Shown here piece after piece: positions 1-13,100 of a stretch of DNA of 64,000 nt. The notes below the pieces were generated by a model, which worked only from the letters and a program-made list of their open reading frames with translations, was not told the DNA's origin and made no database searches. The stretch's first letter is position 1, and each line of letters begins with the position of its first letter. Origin of the DNA: Malacoraja senta. Its lineage: Eukaryota. Both the position numbers and the translations under genes were made by a program. Location: the NCBI GenBank assembly GCA_038087875.1, contig CM075992.1, positions 312,001 to 376,000 on the forward strand, given 5' to 3'.

Positions 1-1860
1 CTCTCTCTCTATCTCGCTGCGTCCAATCCTTAAACACACAATGCTGCACTGATACTGAAACGATGCTCTTGTGCAGCACGAAATGCCCAGCCTCAGTTCA
101 TGGCTACGCTCGTATCATCTAGCACTTGCTAAAATTAAACCATCTATTAATGGAACCTAGTTACCACGTTACAGATATACCAGAGGCTTGTTATAAGACA
201 ATTCCATTCGCCCAGCAAGATCAGTCCGTCTGTGGGTTCATTTCTCACAAAATAGTAATGGTGGCACATCATTTTGAAGAACGCTGACCCCTCGACGACT
301 GAGGGAATCTGCCCTCAGGGTGTGGGATGCACTCGAGCTGTGACAGCTGAGAGCACCTCCCCGAGATACAATGTGAATCCAGGACTCTGGCTTACCCTCA
401 ATGGCAGCTCCGAGTGAAACAGACACACTTGCTTTACAAGTCGAGACCCTTCTTCAGTCTGAAGAAGGGTCTCGACCCAACATGTCACCCATTCCTTCTC
501 TCTGGAGATGCTCTCTGCCCCGTTGAGTTACTCCAGCTTTTTTGTGTCTATTTTCGGTTTAACCAGCATCTGCAGTTCCTCCCTACACAGACATCTCTGG
601 TCGAAAGGCCATTTGCAAATGGGACGTGTTGTAGTGGGGTAGCGGAGAGTGGAATTGACTCAACAAGAATAGCTGCAGATGTCTATCAAGGTTGAAAAAC
701 GACACAAATTCATTTCCAAAATATGCAATATAGGAAAGGATAGCAACAGGGCAAACCAAGGAACAAATATCAGTTCAGTTTGAGTTTAGTTTATTGTCAC
801 GTGTACTGAGGTACAGTGAAAAGCTTTTGTTGCATGCTATCATAAGTAGAGTGTAGAAATATCTAGGATAAATTGATTATTTCCATGCAGTTTAGTCTGG
901 GGATTTTGAACTGATGGTCAGTGTGGGAGGAACAGGATCGCTGATGGTCGGAAGAGGGGGAAACAGTTTATCTGTGAGTGTTGGACAGATTGAACAAGGC
1001 AATACAGAAGCACTAACGCCACAATTCATCTTTGCTTCAATATAAGATCTGGCACAGATTATCTCTCCCTTCTAACCCCATTCTCCTGCCTTAGCCCATA
1101 AGCCCTGACACCCGTATTAATCAAGAATCTGTCTATCTCTTCCTTTAAAATGTCCACTAACTTGTGGCCTCCACAGCCTTCTGTGGCAACAAAATCCACA
1201 AATTTCACCAGCCTCTGACTAAAGAAATTCCTCCTCATCTCCTTCCTAAAAGAACAAACTTTAACTCTGAGGCTGTGACACTGGTCCTGGACTCTCCCAC
1301 TAGTGGAAACATCCTCTCCACATCCACTCTATCCTAGCCTTTCACTATTCTGTATGTTTTAACCACGTCCCCCCTCATCCTTCTAAACTCCATCTAACAT
1401 CCATTGACCAAACCAGACAGTAATGCACACATTTTTTCAACATCGCCCTATTTGATATGGTGGTACCTTGTCTTCTGTATCTGAATAACTTTTACTGGAA
1501 TAATTTAAGTTTATATATGTTGTTTTCTAAAAATGAATTCACAGTTTGTTCCTTGCCACCTTTTTAAAGCTCTGCAAAGAAATGTAGCTCAAGGAGAAAC
1601 ATTTGAAGTTTATGTTCTCTGATGAATAATTAATAGATTACATTTACCGTTGCTCCTAATCAGAGTTCTGGTAATGGTACAAGAACTTCACATCCCTCTG
1701 ATGAAGACAAACTCCAACATTAATATAGATCCCGGTGCTCCAGATGTCAGGAATCGGAGCTGCAGCCATGTTGGATAATAATGCAATGGAGATTGAGATG
1801 TGATGGATAGTTATCCAGTGATACAGCACAGACACAGTTCCTTCAGTTTAGTTCCTTCAC

Positions 1861-2176
1861 GCGGGGGCAGCGGTAGAGTTGCTGCCTCATAGCTCCAGAG
1901 ACCCAGGTTCGATCCTGACTATGGGTGCTGTCCGTACGGAGTTTGTATGTGCTCCCTGTGACCGCATGAGTTATCTCCGGGTGCTATTGTTTCCGCCTAC
2001 ACTCCAAAAGACGTATAGGTTTGTAGGTTAATTGGCTTCAGTAAAAATTGTAAATTATCCCTAGTGTGTAGGATAGTGTTGGTTTACGGGGTGATAGCTG
2101 TTTGGCACAGACCTGGTGGGCCGAAGGGCCTGTTTCCATGCTGTATCTCTAAAGTCTTTAAAGTCTAAAGTCTAAA
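1861..2176 (+). mobile_element. tRNA-derived SINE (HE1/V-SINE type)
   Basis: A-box-like gcagcggtagag, B-box ggttcgatcc, central ggttaattggc..taaatt.ccctagtgtgt, CR1-like 3' end and (ctaaagt)n tail. Other copies near 8226-8430, 11340-11540, 14855-15072, 23320-23575, 40500-40770, 61890-62075. Confidence 0.8.
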
Positions 2177-2845
2177 AGTCCAACTAAGATGCCCGGTCTA
2201 AACTAGTTCCATTTACCCTCGTTTGTCCCATTTGCATCTAAACCTCTCCTATCCATGTACCTGTCCAAAGGTCTTGCAAATGTCAGTTAATCTTCGCACG
2301 AGTGGACCCATGTTCCCCTGAGGGAGGCAACACAGTATCATTGCAACAGCACCAACAAGATCCCCTTCACAACATTGCTCTTGGCAGGAACAAAGGCTGA
2401 AGGGAGATTTGATGGAGTGGGTCAGGACAGTGTGGAGAGCAGGAGGAATGGGCACTGGTGGGCAGGTCACCATCGATAAAGCAGTGACCAGTGGGCAGTG
2501 GTGGGCAGATCACCATGGATGGAGATGTGACTAGAGAGCACTGGTGCAAACTAACGGGGAGCAGAGTGAAGAGTGATGCAAGGAAGGTCTGCTTCACACA
2601 GTGTGTTGTTGGAACGTGGACCACAACCTGAACCTGGAGCCAGTTCCATTGTGTCTATTGGACAATGACAAGATGAGGAAAACCTTCCAAAGTTGCAGAG
2701 ACCGGGCTGGGTGCATTAGGGGGTGGGATGGGGCACCTGGGGTGGGGCAGACCTGGGAGTTGCTCTAGAGGGGGTAGCAGGAACAGGATGTGTTGAATAG
2801 CCTGATTCTGTACCGGGACCATTCTGTGCGATTGTGGGAACAGTG

Positions 2846-3072
2846 GGGGAATGGGAGGAGGAATGGTGGGGGGATGGTGGGGGAACGGTGGGGGGATGGT
2901 GGGGGAATGGTGGGGGGATGGTGGGGGGACGGTGGGGGGATGGTGGGGGAACGGTGGGGGGGGAATGGTGGGGGAATGGGACGGTGGGGGGGAACGGTGG
3001 GGGGAGAATAGTGTGGGCGGACGGTGGGGGGGGAATGGTGGGGGGAAACGGTAGGGGGGGAACGGTGGGGAG
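2846..3072 (+). repeat. G-rich minisatellite (about 13 bp, ggtggggggaa[c/t])
   Basis: More than 15 runs of G4-G8 with short spacers. Confidence 0.9.
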
Positions 3073-3445
3073 GGCGCAGTGTCAGGAACGGAGGTACCTT
3101 CCTCAGGCGGCTGTGAGAGAACTCATCCATTCCTCGTGACCACACTACTAGGTGCTAAAGCAACATTCCAACAACTGCAGGGCTTCACTGACACAGCAAT
3201 AAACAAGTTATGTATTTATTTCCGTCACAGAACAGTTATATAATACCTTCCACAGTGTTTGGAGGTTTTGAAGCAATTTTCAGACAATATAATGCTTTGA
3301 TTTCACTGCAGCAGGCGGGTAGCTAGGAGTGGAGTTACTCCGTCCAGCGAGACCGCTTTGCTGCTGATGCTGATTTAGGGGAAATAATGGGCCGCAAACC
3401 TACAGAACATAGAGCAGTTCAGCACAGGAACAGGCCTGGATAGAT

Positions 3446-3805
3446 TGTGTAGGAAGGAACTGCAAATGCTGGTTTACACTGAAGATAGACACAAAATGCT
3501 GGAGTAACGCAGCGGGACAGGAGAGAAGGAATGGGTGACCTTTCGGGTCGAGACCCTTCTTCAGGGGAGAGGAAGACATAGAGATAAGGAATGAAGTGTG
3601 AAAACAAGATATCAAAGTGGATGGCGATCAAGGAAAATGTAGAATAGATCATTGTTAGCTGGGAGAAGCTGACAACGAAGCAAACAGAGGTAAAATGTAA
3701 TCGGGGGACAGTCGGACTGGTCGGAGAACTAGGATGGGGGGAGGGATGGAGAGGGAGGGAGAGCAAAGGTTACGAAGTTAGATAAGTCAATATTCATACC
3801 GCTGG
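3446..3805 (-). mobile_element. Penelope-like element 3' end (ORF terminus, pLTR, hammerhead-like motif)
   Basis: Minus strand reads (P)SGMNIDLSNF, resembling the PxGxN end of GIY-YIG-bearing PLE ORFs. Then a pyrimidine-rich UTR, CTGAAGAAGGGTCTCGACCCGAAAGGTC, and the terminal ...ccagcatttgcagttccttcctaca. Confidence 0.7.
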
Positions 3806-4947
3806 AGATAGAGTGGATGTGGAAAGGATGTTTGCACTAGTGGGTCTAGAACCAGAGGTCATAGCCTCAGAATAAATGGACGTTTCTTTAGGAAGAAGAT
3901 GAAAATTAATTTATTTAGTCAGAAGGTGGTGAATCTATGGAATTCAATGGATATTCTTAAGGCAGAGACATGTAGATATATTCTTGATCAGTACGGGTGT
4001 CAGGGTTAAGGGGAGAAGGTAGGAGAATGGGGTTAAGAGGGAAAGATAGATCAGCCATGATTGAATGGTGGAGTAGACTTGATGGGCCAAATGGCCTAAT
4101 TCTGCTCCTATCACTTCTGACCTTATGAACTCAATCCACCATGTCCATGCTGAACATGATGCTGTTAAATTAATCTGCTCTGCCTGCACGTAATCCATAT
4201 CCCTCCATTCCCTGCATATCCATGTCACTATCCAAAAGCCTCTTAAATGCCACTATTGTATGTGCCTCCACCACAATCCCAGTCAACGAGTTCCAAGCCC
4301 CCACTATCCCTTGTGCAAAGATCTTGCCTTAAAGCTATGTCCTCTGGTCTTTGACATTTCCACCCTGAGAAAAACATATGACTACGACACCTTATCCACG
4401 CCTCTTGTAACTTTATTTATTTCTGTCTCCCCTCAGCCTCAAAATAATCCAAGTCTGTCCAACCTTTCCTTATAGCTGAACTTCCCAGCCGTTCCAAAAC
4501 AAAAACATGCCATGGGATCATTCACATTGCAGTTTCATGTCTCACCAAAAGGATGGGTTGTGTTGGTAGGAATAATGTACAAGGCGACAGAGAATTGGCC
4601 AGGGGCGGAAGTGTACGGCACAGTACGATGGGCCGACTGGCCTTCGTCTGTGCTGAACCTTGTATGAGGTTCCATCCAATTGTGACTTAGACACAGGTGA
4701 CCATCACTCCTTCATCACCTCCCAAGGTACAGGGTTGTGAGAGTAGCCACAGTGTTGGTCAAGGCCATGAGGCTGGGACGTAGAGGCAGGAGTGTGGTCT
4801 CGCCATCTGTACCCAGCATGGCATGGTGCGGAAACCTCCTGGGTGTTCCAGATGTACCCAGTCACTGATAAACAAGCTGGCTTCTCCGTAAACGTTGTGG
4901 AGAAATCGGAAAATAAACGCGGGTTGTTTGAGGCTGAAACAACTCGT

Positions 4948-5287
4948 CTCTGTGTCTCTGTTTGTGTCTCTCTGTATCTCTGCGTCTCTGCGTCTGTGTG
5001 TCTCTGTGTCCCTGTGTCTCTGTGTCTCTGTGTCTGTGTGTCTGTGTGTCTGTGTGTCTCTGTGTCCCTGTGTCTCTGTGTCCCTGTGTCTCTGTGTCCC
5101 TGTGTCTCTGTGTCTGTATGTCTCTGTGTCTCTCTGTCCCTGTGTCTCTGTGTCTCTGTGTCTGTGTGTCTCTGTGTCTCTGTGTCTGTGTGTCTGTGTG
5201 TCTCTGTGTCTCTGTGTCTGTGTGTCTCTCTGTCCCTGTGTCTCTGTGTCTCTGTGTCTGTGTGTCTCTGTGTCCCTGTGTCTCTGC
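4948..5287 (+). repeat. (TCTGTGTC/TCTGTG)n compound microsatellite
   Basis: Directly visible; produces spurious CVSL/TQRH ORFs. Confidence 0.95.
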
Positions 5288-5718
5288 GACTCTGCATCGC
5301 TCTACAACTGACGTTGTGTGGAATATTTCTCAGACCAATGTCGTTGGCTTGAGTTTCCCCAGACAAGCTGAGGATATATCTTCTCAACAAAAGGCCAATC
5401 ATTTGCTGCAGATTTATCAAGGAATACGCTCTGCGGAAACTGTTCCCAGAACGAGAGGGAATGTTTCATAACAACTCCATGAGCAAGGTCATGCCTGCCT
5501 CCCATTGGTGGACGCACTGCTGATCCTGATTGGTCCACTCTTGTTATTGTCTGTGGTTGGTCTTCACACCCAACCTTTCTAACCAATCCAATTGGCTGGG
5601 ACCCAAAACATGTTGTAGCAACAAGGAACTGCAAATGCAGGCATACCAAAAAATCCAAAAGTGCTGGAGGAGCACAGTTTCAAACTGAAGAAGGCCCCCG
5701 ACCCAAAATGTCCCCCAT

Positions 5719-6296
5719 CCATGTTCTCCACAGATGCTGCCTGACCCACTGAGTTACTCCAGCACTCTGTGAAACGTCACCTATCCATGTTCTCCACAGA
5801 TGCTGCCTGACCCGCTGAGTTACTCCAGCACTTTGTGAAACGTCACCTATCCATGTTCTCCACAGATGCTGCCTGACCCACTGAGTTACTCCAGCACTCT
5901 GTGAAACGTCACCTATCCATGTTCTCCACAGATGCTGCCTGACCCGCTGAGTTACTCCAGCACTTTGTGAAACGTCACCTATCCATGTTCTCCACAGATG
6001 CTGCCTGACCCACTGAGTTACTCCAGCACTCTGTGAAACGTCACCTATCCATGTTCTCCACAGATGCTGCCTGACCCACTGAGTTACTCCAGCACTCTGT
6101 GAAACGTCACCTATCCATGTTCTCCACAGATGCTGCCTGACCCGCTGAGTTACTCCAGCACTTTGTGAAACGTCACCTATCCATGTTCTCCACAGATGCT
6201 GCCTGACCCACTGAGTTACTCCAGCACTCTGTGAAACGTCACCTATCCATGTTCTCCACAGATGCTGCCTGACCCGCTGAGTTACTCCAGCACTCT
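5719..6296 (+). repeat. 66-bp tandem array (about 8.8 copies) derived from the Penelope-type element
   Basis: Unit ccatgttctccacagatgctgcctgaccc[a/g]ctgagttactccagcact[c/t]tgtgaaacgtcacctat. Opposite-strand arrays at 7585-7930, 10234-10430, 32552-32740 and 47360-47585. Confidence 0.95.
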
Positions 6297-6408
6297 TTGT
6301 CCCAAACTATATTGCTTGATATAGAAATAGTTTCCCTCCCTTCACACAATTCAGTTCAAGTAGCAGATCCATTGAGTACCAACCACTGCCTGGGATGCTG
6401 GCAGAGTC

Positions 6409-6638
6409 CCAGGGCCCTCTCTGTCCCAGTGGCCCTCTCTGTCCCAATGGCCATCACTGTTCCAGGGCCCTCTATGTCCCAGGGCCCTCTCTGTCCCAGG
6501 GCCCTCTAGTCCCAATGGCCCTCTAGTCCCAATGGCCCTCTAGTCCCAATGGCCCTCTCTGTCCCAGAGCCCTCTCTGTCCCAGAGCCCTCTCTATCCCA
6601 GAGCCCTCTCTGTCCCAGGGCCCTCGCTGTCCCAGGGC
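6409..6638 (+). repeat. About 17-bp minisatellite (cccagggccctctctgt)
   Basis: Directly visible degenerate tandem copies. Confidence 0.88.
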
Positions 6639-9600
6639 CGCTGGTACAAATCTTCCCCCTTTCCCATCACTTTAGCCGAGTTAAAGTAAAGCCCAGAATG
6701 AATCCTGACCCTCCCTGGTACGTCTCGTTCAACAACACGTTCTGTGAACTCCCTGACCCCATCAGCAATGATGACAACTCAATGAATGACAAGCTGAGTT
6801 CTTGCGACAGCGAGGAGCCAAAGACAGGTCAATATCATTCCCTCAACACAGCCTGACTCAGCCCACAGCTACTCTCATATAATCTCAACCTCACCGCTAA
6901 GACAGATGCCACTTGGCCCATTGTTCCTGTGCCAGCTCTTTGATAGAACACTCACCTTCCTCTTCATGTATTTATCCAACAGGCATTCACCAAGATCATG
7001 GTTAAATCTGACTCCCACAGTCATTCCAGCACTGTATTCCATGTAAACCCTGGGAAAGGTTCTGACTCTCTACCCTGTCCATGCCTCTCACAATGTCATT
7101 TACATCTATCAGGTCTCCCTCTGCCCCTGACACTCCAGAGAAACCAATCCAAGTTTATCCAACCTCTCCCTGTATCTAATAGCCTTTAATCCAGGCCACA
7201 TTCTGGTAAACCTCTTCTGCACTCACTCCAAAGCCTCCTCAGACTTCCTGTAATGGGGGGATCAGAACTGCACGCTTACTCCAAATGCTTATACACAATA
7301 ACTACAAAGTCTTATAAATCTACCACATGATTTTTGACTCTTCTATCCCCTTCTGTAGCCAAAGAACAAGCCTGGCAAGTGAGTTTCTTGTAATATATCA
7401 GTCTGGCTTGTTTGTGAAATGCTGGAGCAACTCAGCGGGTCAGGCAGCATCTGTGGAGCGAAGGAAATGGGCAACCTTTCGGGCTGAAACCCTGAAGGAA
7501 ATAGGCAACGTTTCGGGCCGAAACCCGGAAGGGTTTCGGGCCGAAACGTTGCCTATTTCCTTCGCTCCATAGATGCTGCCGGAACATGGATAGGTGACGT
7601 TTCCCAGAGTGCTGGAGTAACTCAGCGGGTCAGGCAGCATCTGTGGAGAACATGGATAGGTGACGTTTCACAGAGTGCTGGGGTAACTCAGCGGGTCAGG
7701 CAGCATCTGTGGAGAACATGGATAGGTGACGTTTCACAGAGTGCTGGAGTAACTCAGCGGGTCAGGCAGCATCTCTGGAGAACATGGATAGGTGACGTTT
7801 CACAGAGTGCTGGAGTAACTCAGCGGGTCAGGCAGCATCTCTGGAGAACATGGATAGGTGACGTTTCACAGAGTGCTGGAGTAACTCAGCGGGTCAGGCA
7901 GCATCTGTGGAGAACATGGGTAGGTGATGCTTTGGGTTGGAACCGGCTCTGTGGCATGTTTGTCAACACCCAGCCTGTGGATTGGATGTCTGGCACTCCA
8001 GTGGCGTGCTGGGAGAATGCTGCAATGTCAGACACTTCTATGCTCTCGATGCTGAGGTCTAACAAAGCCCTTTCTCCCACTGCAGCAGATATCTCAACCA
8101 GCATCACCAGGAACATACAACAAGGTCATGGCCATTAGGTCATAAGATCATAAGGAATAGGAACAGAATTAGGCCATTCGGTCCATCAAGTCTACTCCAT
8201 TATTCAATCATGGCTGATCTATCTCTCCCTCCTAACCCCATTGCACAGCGGGTATTGCCAGTGCCCCGCAGCATCTCAGAGTCAGGTTCAATCCTGATCT
8301 CGGGCACTGTCTTTCTGGAGTTGGCACGTTCTCCCAGTGACTCTGTGGGTTCCTTGGGTTGCTCCTGTTTATCCCACATCCTAAACATGTGTGGGTTGGT
8401 AGGTTAATCGGCCGTCTGTAAATGGGCAAGTGGGGAGAGTCGAGTTTTTCTAATTATATATTTTTGCACATATTTTATTTACTTTTATTTCACACAGTTT
8501 TTGTGTAATTTATGTTTTGTGCACTGCCTAAATCTATGTGTTTGTGATGCTGCTGCCAGCAGATCACGGTACTTTGCATCTGACTATAAACTCGGCTGAA
8601 GTCAACGTGGATGTGTGGGGAATAAAGTGGGTTTGGGGAGGACTAGTGTAAAGGACTGGTGGGTTAAAGGGCTGTTTCCATGCTGTTGTTCTCGATGATT
8701 CTCTCTTTGATAATTCATTGCTGTTGTGGGATCGCTCAGCTACAACATGTCTGCATAGGTTTGGAAAACAACCAGAGAGATCGGTGAGAGTGTGTTGTAG
8801 TCTGCGCTATGCTTTAGTGGTCGAGTGGCCAAGGGACTGTGTCAATGCCTCTGGTATCTCCGTGAGCTTCTGGCCATGTTCCTCCCCTCCCCCCGCCTCA
8901 CACAGTTCACATCCACTCCCTCACTCACTGGAGGTCATCAGGTCACAAGAACATCAGAAAACACAAGCGAGGTAAGGCCACACGGCCCATCAATACTATC
9001 TCACTATTCAACGTGATCACGGCTGCCGACCCTTGCCTCATCCCCTCCTCTGTCCCTGTTGCCCATACCCCTCAATCCCTTGATCTGTCAAATGTTATCT
9101 GTGTCCTCTTTAACTACTTCAGTGATCCAGCCTCCACACTCACTGGTGTGGACTTCCCAGATCCACCACCATCTGTAGCGAGACGTTCCAATGCTCCCTG
9201 GTTTAAATGACCGGCACCTCACCTGTATCTCTGATCGCCACGGCTCAGCCCCAGTTACACCAGCACCACTTCACACCAGATACAGATCAGTTTAGTCTAG
9301 TTTTTGTCACGTGTACCGAGGTACGGTCAAAAGCTTTTTGTTGCGTGCTATCCAGTCAGCGGGAAGACTGGACATAATTACAATCGAGCTGTCCACAGTG
9401 TACAGATACAGGATAAAGGGAATAAAGTTTAGTGCAATATAAAGTTCAGTAAAGTTCGATTAAAGATAGTCCGAGGGTCTCCAATGAGGTCGATGGGAGG
9501 TCAGGACCACTCTCTAGTTGGTGATAAGATGGTTCAGTCGATATCAAAGTACCATTTGTGACATCATTTCTATCATTCACCGAACCCCACAGAAATAAGA

Positions 9601-9872
9601 TGTCACAGGTTCACCCATTCCCAAATATCGGGGATCTTGCCATTAGCACATTGATTCAGTCTCTCACCGAATTATTGGGGATGTGGGGAGAATGAAATGG
9701 TTTAGGGTAGGATTAGTGCACGTGGATACTGTTGGCCTGAGCAGAGACGATGGGTTAAGGGATAATTCCCGAGCTGTTGTAATCCCATTCCCACCAGGAA
9801 GCACCTGGCCGTTTACAAAATTGCTGACATTAGCCTGTGCTCCAACTCATAGCCTTTGTCTTTCTACTTTAG

Positions 9873-10139
<267 letters not shown>

Positions 10140-13100
10140 TAATCGTGGAGGTGTTATGGCTCAGCAGGAGATCGTTCAATCCACTGAGTGCAGGAGTTAG
10201 GAAGTCACAGTAAACCTTTACAAAACAATAAAGGACAGAGTGCTGGAGTAACTCAGCGGGTCAGGCAGCATCCCTGGAGAACATGGATAGGTGACGTTTC
10301 ACAGAGTGCTGGAGTAACTCAGCGGGTCAGGCAGCATCTGTGGAGAACATGGATAGGTGACGTTTCACAGAGTGCTGGAGTAACTCAGCGGGTCAGGCAG
10401 CATCCCTGGAGAACATGGATAGGTGACGTTTCAGGTCGGGACCCTTCTTCAGGCTGGTCTTTACAACACAACGTTTTGGCCACAGATGGAATACTGTGCC
10501 CAGTTTTGGGTGGAAAGGTGTGAAGGTTTTTGAGAGAAGGCACAGGAGAAATTTACTTGAACGATTCTAATCACGTAGGATTTTAGCGATATGGATCCCG
10601 TCTTCCTGGGGATCGAGGGGGAATGTGACAGAGGTACTTTAAATCATGACTGTGCAGACAGATTCATTGTTCCTATTGGCTGAAAACAACCAGGTCTCTT
10701 AGAATGAAGATGATTGGATTACAAAAACAAAGTGGACTTTTATGTTTTGAGTTTACTGCCAGGATTAAAAAAAGCAAACCTAAAAAGGAGTTTAATTATG
10801 TTGAATGGAAACAGTGCAGAGGTACATGCAGAGGGAAGAAGTAGGATTGGTTGCAAGCCCTAAGCTAGGATAGCATTGAGGGGCAGAATGGTCTCCTGCT
10901 AAAGAACTCAATTCGTCCCACACTATGTTTTTCCCCGTTGAAATGACTATCTCACTCAGTTTGAGTGCACTGCCCTTGGTGATGGATTAACCTCCTCCTT
11001 TGTTAATCACCTACTCCCCAAACTCCGGTGATTATCTAACAGTAGCCAAGTCAAGCTGACAGTTTTGCACAGATGCTTTTCAAAGCCTTGGGTTACTGAA
11101 GTCACTGTGCTGCCGATGACGTACTTTCAAAGTGTCCCAACTGTGACCACATGGGATAGATGGCGGCCCCATTTACACACAGCATGCTCCAAATACAGCA
11201 GGTGATAACAGTCAAATCCTCTGTTGTTGTGATGTTAGCTGAGGGAAAGGTGTTAGACAGTATAAGGTGAGTAAGGACAGAGAGATGGAGAGATTCAGTA
11301 GGGAAACAGACCATTCGGCCCATCAAGTCATCGACACCAACCACAACCTCCCACTTACACTGACACCCCTTCCCCCCTCCAGATTCTAATCACCTACACA
11401 CCAGAGACAGTTTACAGTGGCAGGAACCACATGCAGTCACAGAGAGAACGTGCAAACTCCACACAGACAGTGCCCAAGGCCAGGATTAAACCCAGGCCAC
11501 TAGCACTGCGAAGCCACTGCTCTATTCGCTGTGCCACTAACCTGGTGTTTCACATCTACCTCAGCACAAAGTAGTTCCCAAGACAAATCCTGAACCCAAC
11601 ACTGACATTCAGAGACAAGGCAGCCCATCCCTGTGGTCACTGCTACCTCTGAGAGTTTCCACTAAAAATCCCAGGCCTTGTCCATTCCAGGCAACTCATC
11701 ACAATTGGACAATTTGGTGAGAACCACATCACAATCTTTTGCAGATAAACCAATATATTCACAACATTAACAACTTTCATAAAACTCTTTGCAGCTTCAT
11801 TTCAACATGTAAACTGGGAGATATATTTTTAAAAAGCCATCATTCTGTGACATTACAGATTCCAAGAGGACTTACCTGGTCAGTGGTGGAGGGAAGCCAT
11901 TCTCTGTCCCCCTATGTCACTTCCTGTGGACAACAGGAAATTCTATTTCATCATTGTGTACAGCAGACAGGAAGTTGTCCTATTCTATTCAGTAACAGGA
12001 ATTGATTTATTCAGTATGTTATGAATAAAAATAAAAATAAACAAAAGTCATCATCATTGAGTGATACAACACGGAAACAGGCCCTTAGGCCCAACTTCCC
12101 CACACAGGCCAACACCAGCCAACATGTTCCATCTACACTCGTCCCTCCTGCCTGCGCTTGGTCCATATCCCTCCAAACCTGTCCTGTCCATGTACCTGTC
12201 TAACTGTTTTTTAAAAGTTGCGATAGTCCTTGCCTCAACTACATCCTCTGGCAGCCCGTTCCGTACACCCACCACCAAAAGTGTGATGATTAAATTGATA
12301 TTAGGGGGACAAATGCCTGTATTCTCCTCACATATATCACCCTTCTGGTCAAAGGCAAAGAAATTAGTTTGAAATGATGTACTGTTCGGGACCAATGTGT
12401 GAATAGACTGGGCAGAAACAGCAGCTTGGAGTTGTACATTAATCCCACACAGGACCCAGTGTCATTCCTCAGAGCACTCTGGCCATGGAGAGGACTTTCT
12501 CTGATCGGTTTGTTACTGTTAGTGACTGGATGAACCCATTGTGTAGCTCACTCCACATTGAGGAGGACATGTTGCTTGTTAATTATGGGCCCAGGGCATT
12601 CTCAGATAGAGGAAGAAGTTAGCAATGCTTGCGAAACCCAAAACATCAGACAGAAACATTCCAACGTCTTGTAATTTCTCATTCGTGATGTTAATTCATC
12701 AGCAACCTCAGGCCTTGAGACATATTGACGATACATCAGCTCCATATTTAGAACTGGGCTTTTATTGTCTCACAAGGTGCCTGGTCCATAATCAGATGCT
12801 GGTGCTCAATATAATAGAAACATAGACAATAGGTGCAGGAGTAGGCCATCCCCAATCAGTACCCCGTTCATCCTTTCTCCCCATATCCCTTAATTCCGTT
12901 AGCCCTAAGAGCTAAATCGAACTCTCTCTTGAATACATCCAGTGAATTGGCCTCCACAGCCGTCTGTGGCAGAGAATTCCACAGATTCACAAGATTTTTT
13001 TCTGGGTGTAAAAGTTTTTCCTCATCTCAGTCTTAAATGACCGACCCCTTATTCTGAAACTGTTACCCCTGGTTCTGGACTCCCCCAACATGGGGAACAT

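Noticed and set aside
1861..1925. tRNA-like A/B boxes
   Set aside because: SINE heads, not cloverleaf tRNA genes.
4704..5471. Long CVSL/TQRH-repeat ORFs (also 20341-21586)
   Set aside because: Stop-free microsatellite translations with no splice or homology support.
5719..6296. 66-bp unit as a complete multimeric hammerhead
   Set aside because: It contains GAAACGTC but no CUGANGA-stem II, so the unit alone lacks the catalytic core.
1..9872. ELAVL3 first coding exon
   Set aside because: No convincing short ATG exon plus donor could be identified; it probably lies upstream of the window.
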